The notes beneath the pieces are model-generated. The model was not told where the DNA came from. It saw nothing but the letters and a program-made list of their open reading frames with translations, and ran no database searches. A stretch of DNA of 64,000 nt, taken from the IMG/VR virus record IMGVR_UViG_2773857766_000004, positions 1 to 64,000 of that record; one strand, written 5' to 3'. This DNA is from a virus. Its lineage: Duplodnaviria > Caudoviricetes. Made by a program: the position numbers and the translations under genes. The stretch's first letter is position 1. Every line of letters starts with the position of its first letter. Positions 52,565-62,200 of the stretch are shown here, one piece after another.

Positions 52565-52863
52565 TCGTCCACCTCGAGGCGGCCCAGGTCCGTGTCCTCA
52601 TGGAACACCGGCACGCCCGTGGCGCGCATCACGTCCATGCGCATCTGCCGCTCGCTCTCCCAGCGTTCGTACTCCTTGGCCTGTCGCCTGTTGGCCTCGC
52701 GCTTGTAGTACCAGGTGATGAGCAGGCCGATCACGGCGACGGCCGCGCCGACATAGGCCGCCAGGTCCGCCGCCGACATTTTCCCGGCGACAGCCACGGA
52801 TCCACCGATGATGGTGGCCTTGTTGCCGGCGGCGCCGATGGCTTCGAGGGTTTCGGTTTTCAT
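52561..52863 (-). CDS. Holin
   Basis: Two hydrophobic segments and a charged tail (WYYKRE); directly upstream of the lysozyme. Confidence 0.8.
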   Translation of the reverse strand: MKTETLEAIGAAGNKATIIGGSVAVAGKMSAADLAAYVGAAVAVIGLLITWYYKREANRRQAKEYERWESERQMRMDVMRATGVPVFHEDTDLGRLEVDE

Positions 52864-52903
52864 AGGCCCGGATCATTCCGGGCCGGCGCGGTTCTGACGA
52901 ACC

Positions 52904-53425
52904 CTATACGGGGGCGAACCGCGCCGCCGCGGCCCGGAGGACGCACGGATCGAAGCGCTCGGGGTCCGGGAAGCCGGCCGCCGCGGCCACCGCTTCCGAG
53001 CATGTCCAGCGCGAGGCCTTCTGAGGGATCGCCCACGCGACGAAGCCGAGGACCAGCTGCCAGTCGTAGAGCGCACCCTGGTGCTCGAGGAACCACCGCG
53101 CCGCCCGCTGCGCGTCGCCGGGCAGCGGAAGCAGCTCCCACCGGGCCGGCTCCAACACCACCCTCTTCAACCGGACACCGCCTGTCCGCCCGGCCCGGCG
53201 CGCCGAGTGCACGGGCACCGGCTCGGCCGCCACGCTCGACCCGCACCACAGAGCCCCGTCCGGGCCGGCTGCGCACGTGCCGTCGGGCATGAGCGCGTCC
53301 ACGCCGTCGCCTGGCTCGAATACCAGCTCGGTGTGGCTGTACGGGCCGCCCAGGCGAAAACGGATGGCGCGGTTGGCCAGGCCCTGGAGCCCCGGGCGGG
53401 TGCCGGTGTAGGAAGCAAGCAGCAT
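52904..53425 (-). CDS. Permuted papain-like (NlpC/P60, YiiX-type) protein
   Basis: YSHTELVF..GALYDW..WTCSEAVAAA, His before Cys. Confidence 0.7.
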   Translation of the reverse strand: MLLASYTGTRPGLQGLANRAIRFRLGGPYSHTELVFEPGDGVDALMPDGTCAAGPDGALWCGSSVAAEPVPVHSARRAGRTGGVRLKRVVLEPARWELLPLPGDAQRAARWFLEHQGALYDWQLVLGFVAWAIPQKASRWTCSEAVAAAAGFPDPERFDPCVLRAAAARFAPV

Positions 53426-53427
53426 GG

Positions 53428-53982
53428 TCAGTCCCTGTGCACGGTGTGCAGCTCGTCTTCCACGGACACCGGCCAGCCGCCGGTGAAATCGTAGGCGCCA
53501 GGATCGGCAGAAGCTTCCATGGCGACGCGGTGTGCTTCGGCAGCCGCGAACACCGCCATGTCGCTCGCTGCGGTGGCGTTGAAGATCGACAGGGCCAGGG
53601 CCGGCGTCATGGTGACGAACACAGGCGGCGGCGCCGAGGTGAGCGTCTTCCATTGGATTCCGGCCGGCATGGCCTGCCCCATGAGCATCAGGGACATCTG
53701 CTGGATGCGGCTGGCGTCATCGGAGTGGAACCAGTTCTCCCCGATCTTCACGCCCAGGTACTTGCGCCGGTCGCGCTCGGCCTTGATCCGCTCCCACACC
53801 TCCGTGGCTGGCACCGGATCTGCAGGCTCGGGCACGCCGCCAGCCGCAATCCATGCCATGTAGGCGATGTAGTCCGGATTGGTATTGGGCGCCATCGGTG
53901 AATCAGACGTTGGTATGGTGGACCGAACACCGTCGTCCCAGCGATACACGATATTTTCACGGGTTAATTGGTATATGCTCAT
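53428..53982 (-). CDS. DUF4376-like tail fibre assembly protein
   Basis: NPDYIAYMAW..WERIKAERDRR..WFHSD..WKT motifs. Confidence 0.8.
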   Translation of the reverse strand: MSIYQLTRENIVYRWDDGVRSTIPTSDSPMAPNTNPDYIAYMAWIAAGGVPEPADPVPATEVWERIKAERDRRKYLGVKIGENWFHSDDASRIQQMSLMLMGQAMPAGIQWKTLTSAPPPVFVTMTPALALSIFNATAASDMAVFAAAEAHRVAMEASADPGAYDFTGGWPVSVEDELHTVHRD

Positions 53983-54812
53983 GCGTACTGCCCGCCTGTA
54001 AATTTCGAGCCCACAGAATTACCGGGCAAATAGCTTTCCCCCGCACCGTTCACGAAAATCGCAGAATTCGCGAAGACGTTGTATTGGACTCCCGTAGCTG
54101 TTCCGCTGTAGGTATTTTCATTAACTCGCAGAAGCGACAGGCAATCGGCATAAGCAAAAGATGTGGAAAAGTTCGGCGTTCCGGCTAGCGTGATGGTCCA
54201 ACCTGCGCAAATAATTTTCGCACCGTTGGAGGCATACCAATGCACCCGTGCGGATCCGCTGATTTTGTATCCCCGCAGTATAATTGTCCCTGAGCAATTA
54301 ACATGAAAATTGCCGCAAGCGCCGAAATCAATATCCCCGGCTGACAGCTGACTTCCAATATCCACAGATATTGCATTTCCGCCGAACGTGCTATCGGAAC
54401 TGCTCAGCTTGATTCCTGATATGGTGTACTTCCTGGACCCGGCTGGAACATTGATACATGACCCGCTTGCGGTACTAATGCTCGTCGCGGCGGCGCCCGC
54501 GCCCACGATGGCGACCGCGCCTGATCCGATCGGATCTCGTGTTTCAAAAGGCGCGAAAGCCCCGCTGCCGATTGAAATCGTGACGTCGTTGTTTCCGCAA
54601 TCAAGACTGGAAACTACGTTAATGGCCTTTTGAATGGTCAGGAAAGCGCCAGCACTGGTGTTCACCAACCCGGTGTTGCTGTCGCTTCCATCGGTGCGGA
54701 CGTAGTAGGTCCGCGCGGCCGACAGCCTCTCGCGCACGTCTTGGAGCGTGTCACCGGCAGGCAACTGCCGGACGCGCCCGCCCACCCTGACCAGAGGCCG
54801 CCGTACTGCCAT
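53979..54812 (-). CDS. Tail fibre/spike with low-GC beta-helix-like C-terminus
   Basis: YYVRTDGSDSNTG..AFLTIQKAI; GC drops after about 54630. Confidence 0.75.
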   Translation of the reverse strand: MAVRRPLVRVGGRVRQLPAGDTLQDVRERLSAARTYYVRTDGSDSNTGLVNTSAGAFLTIQKAINVVSSLDCGNNDVTISIGSGAFAPFETRDPIGSGAVAIVGAGAAATSISTASGSCINVPAGSRKYTISGIKLSSSDSTFGGNAISVDIGSQLSAGDIDFGACGNFHVNCSGTIILRGYKISGSARVHWYASNGAKIICAGWTITLAGTPNFSTSFAYADCLSLLRVNENTYSGTATGVQYNVFANSAIFVNGAGESYLPGNSVGSKFTGGQYA

Positions 54813-54813
54813 T

Positions 54814-55344
54814 TCAGAGGATCACGTAGCCCAGATCGTCCGTCACCAGCTCGGTCGCGCTCTTCGCCGTGCCGAGCTCCTGGCAGACCTTGCCCGCGTT
54901 GGCGGTGTCGGTGCCGTCGAGGGGCGCGGAGATCACGCCGCCCGCGGTGCCCAGCCAGTACGTGGCGCCCGGCGTCAGCCCGGTCAGCGCGGCATTGGTG
55001 GTGTCGAGGGGGTATGCCGTGCCGCTCGCTCCGAAGGACACGGCGTCCTTCACGTAGCCGTTCGCCTGACGGCCGTTGCTGTTGTCCGCAAGGCGCATGT
55101 TCAGCGCGCCGGCATTGGCGTGGAAGTTCACGAACTTGCCGGCGCCAATGGCCTCGCTGGCCGGGGCGATCGTCGTGTTGGCTCCGATACCGGACGGCAG
55201 GAGGGTGGTGTCGATCCGGCCGTCGGGCCCGGTCGCCACCAGCTTGCCCGCGTCCGCCGCACCGGCGGAGACGGCGAGCCCGAAGAGCTGGCGGGTCTTC
55301 CCGGCGATTCGGGAAAGGTAGCCCTGGGTGGGTTGAGTTGCCAT
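54814..55344 (-). CDS. Virion structural protein (fibre/cement-like)
   Basis: ASEAIGAG, LTGLTPGATYWL and QELGTAKSATEL motifs. Confidence 0.7.
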   Translation of the reverse strand: MATQPTQGYLSRIAGKTRQLFGLAVSAGAADAGKLVATGPDGRIDTTLLPSGIGANTTIAPASEAIGAGKFVNFHANAGALNMRLADNSNGRQANGYVKDAVSFGASGTAYPLDTTNAALTGLTPGATYWLGTAGGVISAPLDGTDTANAGKVCQELGTAKSATELVTDDLGYVIL

Positions 55345-55348
55345 GGTT

Positions 55349-55849
55349 CTACTCCAGTGCGATGGGGTCTTGAAGGTTGAGAAGAAGGCGGGTCGGCGAC
55401 AGCGCCGTGCCGATCAGCACATCGAAGCCAACCGCGGGCGCGGCGGTGGTGAGAGCTCCACCGAGCCCCAGATAGATGCGTTGTCCTGGCGTCCAGGACC
55501 AGGCGGAATCCGTGATGACACCCGAGCGCTGCACGTTGATGGGCTGGCCAGGGTCGGCAGCCGTGAGCGTGATACCCAGCAGCAGGTACACGTGGTCCTC
55601 GTCGTCCTTGTCCAGCGCGTACACGCGGCCGGCCGCGTCTTCCCACGCGGCGATGAGGGCGGAAAGCGTGGAGCCGGCGACGCGCGACACGGTGGCGCCA
55701 CCGGCTGGGCCGACTTCCCCGCGCGGGCCGGGTGGACCCTGCTCGGCGTCGGCCACCACCTGGATGACCTCCACCTCTTCGCGCAGCACGGAACTGTCGG
55801 CCTCCTGCGCCAGGATGGTGGTGACCTCTTCCACCAGCACATCAGCCAC
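55349..55849 (-). CDS. Virion structural protein with a short collagen-like segment
   Basis: QGPPGPRGEVGPAG; WSWTPGQRIYLG; similar in style to the downstream gene. Confidence 0.7.
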   Translation of the reverse strand: MADVLVEEVTTILAQEADSSVLREEVEVIQVVADAEQGPPGPRGEVGPAGGATVSRVAGSTLSALIAAWEDAAGRVYALDKDDEDHVYLLLGITLTAADPGQPINVQRSGVITDSAWSWTPGQRIYLGLGGALTTAAPAVGFDVLIGTALSPTRLLLNLQDPIALE

Positions 55850-56201
55850 GCGTCACCTCCTTGGAGACGCCGATGGAGCCCTCGGCCAGGCGGGTGACAT
55901 CGCCGCTGGGGTGCACGATCTCCAGATCCCACACGCCAGATTCCCAGCCCATGGCCGCGGTGGCCGCGTCGCTCAGGTACAGGTCCACCGTGCCCGATGC
56001 GCCGCCCAGCGTGATGCCACCGTTCTCGGTGGTCAGGTCTGCCAGCGTGGTCGGGGTCTCCTTTTCCAGGCGGACCTGCATGCGCGCCGTCGCGCCCGTC
56101 AGGTCGATGGGCGCGCCGGTAGGGGACTCCCACCGCAGGCGTTTGCGGAAGGTCGCGCCCTGGTAGATAGTGAGCTTCTTGAGCTTGGCCGGGGTGGACA
56201 T
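55842..56201 (-). CDS. Tail fibre adaptor-like protein
   Basis: IYQGATF..IDLTGATARMQVR..WDLEI..EG.I.VSKEVT. Confidence 0.7.
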   Translation of the reverse strand: MSTPAKLKKLTIYQGATFRKRLRWESPTGAPIDLTGATARMQVRLEKETPTTLADLTTENGGITLGGASGTVDLYLSDAATAAMGWESGVWDLEIVHPSGDVTRLAEGSIGVSKEVTRG

Positions 56202-56240
56202 GCCGGGCAGTTTCCCGCCCGGCAGCCACCTCGCCTAACC

Positions 56241-59200
56241 CTATGCTGGGGCCTGCCCTGCCTCGCGCGCTGCTTCGCGCATCTGCTGGCGCAGGGCCTT
56301 CGGCGCGGTGTCGGCGATCCGCTGCGTGCGGTCCTTGCCCATCTCGCGCACGCGCTTCCACACGTCCGGCATCTTCACCACGATCGGCTGCTCCGGATTG
56401 TTTCGGTTCCAGTCAGCCAGACGTTCGCGCGCCTCTGCAAGCGCCGCATCGTCCTTGCGGAAGAGCGCATCCGCCCACTGCGCCTTGATCTCGCTGCTGG
56501 TCTGCGTGTAGAAGGTCTTCGTGCGCTGCATGAAGCTGTTGGCCTCCTGCACCTCGGCCACGCTCTTGGGCTGGAAGCCCAGGAACTTCGCCCCCGCCTC
56601 GGCCAGCGTGGTGTCGATGACCTTGTAGCCCTTCTTGTCCTTATAGATTCCGGTCGCTGCCATGTCCACGCCCTTGACCGCGTTGCGCACCGCGGTCGGC
56701 GCCACCTCCAGCGCTGCGCCCCCCGCATCCCCTGTGAGTAGCTTGCGCCCCGCGGTGAAGCCCCGCGCAATCAAGTCCCCCGCCGGGCCGGCGACTTCCA
56801 GAAGATCGCGCTCGCGGTTCTGCTTCGACAAGAGCAGCCCGGTACCGGGGAGCAGGTTGCCCAGGCCCATACGGCCCGACACGTCCACTGGCGCACCAGG
56901 CAGACCGGAGACACCCTGCTCAACGAAATCGGCGATCTCCTTGCCCATCACGTCCGCCAGCAGTTGCTTGCGCCACTGCTTGCTGCTCAGGTTGTAGCCC
57001 ATCATCTGGGCCGCCCCGTCGATCAGATCCTCGGCGTCTTCCATGAAAGGCAGGCCGCCTGCGCCCGACATGAGCAGCAGCATGGCGATGGCCCAGCCCA
57101 CGGCCCGCTTTCCTTCCGGTCCGCCCTGAGTCCACATGCGGTGCATCAGCTCCAGGTAGGACACGCTGTAGGTCTTGAAAGTGTTGTGGGTGATGAACGG
57201 CATGCCGTTGCGTCGCGCCACCCATGTGCTGGTCCCTGGAACGATCGGGCACCAGACGCGGCCTGTGTAACGGACGCGCTCCGATTCCTTCACCGAGTAG
57301 CGTCCGTTTTCGGTTCTTTGCGATTCGCGGATCAGCACCTTCCGGCAGCTCGGACCATGCTTGCTCACTCGGAAACTCTTGCCCAGGATGGTCAGCGCCA
57401 TCTGGAAAGTCTCCAGCGTCTGCCCCGGGTTCTGGATGAGGCACCGCTGCCCGGCGGCCGACTCAGAGCCGTCCCCCTCGATCATGCGATCGACCAGCAA
57501 TTCAATCTGGGCCTTCGTCATCCGCATCAGCAATGCCGGGGTGAGCTGCTTACCGGGCAGCATCTTGCGCAACACTGCAGCGCTGCTTTTTTTGATGTTG
57601 AACCGGATGTGCGCGGCATTGCCGCCGACGTAGTTCCAGGTCGTTTCGGTGTATTCGAGCCCGGCTGCGTCGAGGTCAGCACGGATCAGGTCTGCTGTGC
57701 GCCCTTCGTTCTGATACAGCTTCAGCGCGCCGCCCCATTCCTCTCGCCCGCGGTTCTTCTTCGTGAACCACCCTTCCGTGACCACCCAACCCAGCACCCG
57801 CGCCTGGGCGTCGGTGATGGGCTCGCCGGTTGGCAGGTGATCGAACGGCGCGGCAGTGGGAATCTGAACCCGGTGAGACGCCGGGATGTCCTGCGCTTCG
57901 GCCACCCCCAACTCCCAATGCGTGGTCCCCCGCTGCGCCCCTTTGGTCCGCTTCCTTTTGTAATGCACCACTCGATGGTCTGGGGTCATGAGCATGTCCA
58001 GCGTCTTGGACTTCGCATGCACCATTTCACCATCGTGATCGAAGATGTGCACCGACGCCATCGGAGCCCAGATGAGCCGCTCTGTGGTCATATCGAACGA
58101 TGCGAGCATGTCGCCCGGCACCAGGTGGTCGGGGCCGACCCATCCGCGCTGCGTCAGCGCTTCCGTGGTGTCGTCCACACAGAAAAGCGCTCCCCCCACA
58201 GCCCCCCGCGCGAAGCGGGGTTTATTCGCTTTCGAGTACACGAACTGCGTCTCCAGCACCGCCTTGCGGGCGAAGTTGGAAGGCTCGGCCATGCCCTGCT
58301 CCTTCGCCATCCGATACGCGGCGATGAAGGTGCTGCGGCGGTTGAACTGTTCGGCCAGGGCGAAGGGCTGACCCCACGCCACCTTCACGCGCTCCCAGTT
58401 GTTGGCCACCGCGGCGCGTGCGTCGCCCACCTTCGTTCCGTCGCCCGTGCGGAGCGACCCAGTGCCGCGTGCCTGCGACATCAGCTGATGGATCTCCTGC
58501 GGGGACACCACACCATCCTCCTCCGCGGACTGCATCGCGGCAGCGAGGTCGGGCTCGTACTGAAAGCCCTTGCGGCTCATGTCCTTGAGGGCGCGCGCCA
58601 TCTGGGCGCCGGCCTTGCGCATGCCGCCAAACTGAGACAGCCACGGCATGGTGATCTGGAACGGTTGCATCATGTTCACGGCGGCGGACGCTACCGAGCC
58701 TCCCAGGTACTGGGCGAACAGCATGCCGCGCACGGCCTGGCCCTCCTCCTGGGGATTGGCGATGTAGTCGCGCAGCCCCATGGCCAGGTCTTTCAGCTCT
58801 CCCTGCTCCTTCGGGATGGCGTTGATTGCGCTCTCCATGGTGCCGGCGTTCAGTCCGCCAGCGCCCAGGCGGGCATTAGAGTACACGAAGCTCGCCAGCA
58901 CGCGGCCCACGTCCTCGCTGTACCCCGCGACCCCCTTGCGGTGGATCAGGCGCTTGAGCGCGCTGTGGTTGTTCTTGGCCAGTTGCAGGTAGGCCTGAAA
59001 TGCCTTGTCCTTCGGGTCGTCGCCCTTGCCGTCCAGCCCCAGCATGCTCCCGAACATTTCCAGGCTCTCGGGGGTGACGCCCGCGAACAGCTTGAATGCG
59101 TCCTGGCTCATGGTGCCCTGGGTGACGGTGGCGCCGGGGAACTGCTTTTCCATCTCGGCCTTCATCCGGTTGGAATCGGCCTTGGTCTCGAACATGCCGA

Positions 59201-62200
59201 AATATTGGCGATCGCCCGCGGCGTCCACCACATCCACCGTGTAGCGGCCGAAGCGCGACAGCGGGGCATAGCCCTCGTCCATCAGCTGCTGCGCCCTCTC
59301 CTGGGCTTTCACCACCGCGTTGTTCAGCTTCATCAGCCGTTCGGACCATTCGGGCCGATCCCGGGCGTCGTCCATCAGCGTGCGGGTCAGCAGCTCCACG
59401 GCATCGTCAAGGGTTTCCTGCGCCAGCACCGCGTCGCGCATGCCCGCGTACTCATCGCCCAGGCTGCGCAGCATGTCGGCGCGCGCCGTCATGTCGATGG
59501 AGCGGTCGATGGCGGCCCGGCCCTCTTGGTAGAGGCTCACCTGGTTCGCGTCGAGCCCGAACATGGTTTCCAGCTCCTTCTGGCTCCACACCACGCCGGC
59601 CTTGAGCACCCGGCTGTTGAAGCTGGTGTTCACGTTGGCCTCGTACATGCCCACGGGCAGGCCCTGCCAGGCGGTCAGGATCTTCGGGTCCAAGCGGCCG
59701 CCGCGCAGCAGCAGTTGGGCCTTCTGGTCGGCCGGCAGATTCTGGTACTTGGCCGTGAGGTCATCCAGCAGCACCGGGGTGCCGTCGATGTCCCGCGCCC
59801 ACATCAGCGTGCCCTCGAACAGCGGGCGCGCCACGGCCTTGTTGTCGGCCGCGGTGATCGGCTTCTTGGTCAGGTCGCGCCAGCTGTCCACGCGCGGCAG
59901 GAGGCGCGGGGCCATGTCGGCCGCGTCGTTGCCCAGCATGGACACGTCATCGATGAAGCGCTGGGCCGACTCGAACACCGGCTTGAACGCGGGCGCGCGC
60001 TCGGCCAGGTGGCGCATCGTGCCGATCGTCTTGTCCCAGAGCGACACCTTGCCGGGGTGGCTCATCGTCTGCGTGATCTGGTCCAGGGCCGAGTCCTTCA
60101 GCGCGGCGATGCGCTCGCGGCTGAACATCACATCCGGACCGGCCCCAGTTTGCGGCAGATCGGCCTCAGTTTTATAATTGGCGCGGAAGCCGGAAACTCG
60201 CTGTACCACCCCAGGCAATTGGAGCCTGGCCGTCGTGGCGAGTTGCCGGCTTTCTTTTTTGTTCGCAAACTGCAGCAGGCCGTCCCGGATCCAGCGCGTG
60301 AACGTGCGGTCCGCGTTGTCCTTCGGGTAGGCGCTGGGCACATAGACCACCTCGGCCCGGTTGCTGGCGCCGTTCGGATCGACGGCCACCACCACCGGGT
60401 TGCCGCGCACCACCAAGCTCGTCACCACCACCATCCGCCCGGGCTGGGTGTCCGACTTGAACACCATCACGGGATTCGACAGCAGCTCGCCCAGCCGCTC
60501 CAGATCCGCGCGCGGCACGCCGTGCTCGAAATGCATCTTGGCGAGGAGGTTGCGGTTCGTGACCACCGGCTTGCGTACCACGCCCAGCGCCTCGAGGGCC
60601 GCCGGCGTCTCGATGCCGAGCGGCACCTGGGCGCGCAGCGCGCGTTCGTCGTTGTTCAGGCCGGCGGTGATGGCCGCACGCACCTCGGCCGCGAACCCGG
60701 ACCGGGCTTCGTCCTGCGCCAGGCTGTACTGCATGGCTGCCGAGCCCATGCCGCGCTCGCGCGCCGCGGCGGCCCGTTCCACCCAGTTGCGCGCCGGCAG
60801 GATGTAGGCCTGGATGATGTCCGCGTCGCGCAGGCGCAGGCTCCCGAACCCGGGCACGTGCTCGCGCAGGAAGTTGCGGATGGCAGCGACGGCCCGCTGC
60901 ACGAAGGACAGCTGCGGATTCTTCTCGGCCATCTCCGCCAGCACCTCCTCCGCCGCCCGGGCCCGGCTGATGCGGTCCACGCCGCGCATGCCGTACTCGG
61001 CCATCTTGGCATCCACGTCAGCGCGGCGCATGGTGGCCACCTGGTTCAGGATCTTGTCCAACTCCGGACCGAAGAGCCCCCGCAGGCCGTGGTGGCCGGC
61101 CACCTCGTGGTACAGCACGCGCGCGGCATCCTCCGGCGTGGTCAGGCGCGATGCCATCAGGTACGCCTTGCCGCCGAAGTAGAACCCCTCGGGTGCACCA
61201 TGGGCGCCACCTGAGCGCTGGCGCGTGTCCGCGTCGCGCACGCGCTGGGGAATGATGGGGTCGTTCAGGTCGTAGGCGACCACCACCTCGGGGGCGTTCT
61301 GCCAAGCCGCCACGATCGGGCTGACCGTTGCGCGGATGGACTCTACGGCCTGCAGGCGGGCCTCGGGGGAGAACCCATCACCCTTCCCCATGATGCGCAG
61401 CAGTTCCGCCGCCATGCCCGCGCCCAGGTCGTCTTGGGCGTATCGACGAAACAACGGCTCGCTCTCAGCGGGGCCTCTCTTCCGCGCGTTGTCGCGGTTC
61501 CGCGCGGGCGCAGAGGGCTCATGGGAAGCAGCGGCCGGGGCCGGCGCGGGGTCCACCTCCATCCGGCCAGCCGGGCCCGTCGCATAGTTCACCTTGGAGG
61601 GTTCGGTCCCGTGGGTGCGTTCAACCGCGCCAGCCTTGTCCGCCCACGCGCCACTCCCGTCCTTCTGCACCTCGCGCACGGTGACGCTCCAGCGCCCATC
61701 CGCGTCCGCCGGCTGGTAGCTGACCACGCGATCGAACCCGCCGCCGTATCCCCGCACAACGTTGCCGGGGGCGAAGTAGGCGGCGCGGCGCTCCTCGGCC
61801 TCCCGCGCTTCGCGCACGGCCTTGCTCTCGCGCTTGGCCTTCGCGTCCTTCATCTTCTCGGGCACGGTCTTCGGCTTGGCTGCCGGGCTCGCTTCACCCG
61901 CCGCGGCGGGTGTTGCAGGCGCGGCGGCCTTTTCCGCCTTCGCGCGTTTCATGCGTTGCGGCACCGTCTCTGCCGCCGCTGGCGGCGCCGGGGGCGCAGC
62001 AGATGCGCTCTCCGAGGCCGGCAGCGCTGGCGCAGGTGCCGGCGCTGTTTCCGCATCCTTGTCGGGGGCTGGGCCGGCCTCCTCCGCCGCCGCCGTGGGC
62101 AACGCGTCGCCGGCAGCCGGGGCCGCGGCCGGCTTCACTGTCTTGGCAGGGTCGCGCACCCAGTCCTTGAATTCGTCCTGCGTCATCTGGGTGATCCCGC

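Noticed and set aside
56964-61214. 1416-aa plus-strand ORF
   Set aside because: Antisense shadow of the giant virion gene with no recognisable motifs.
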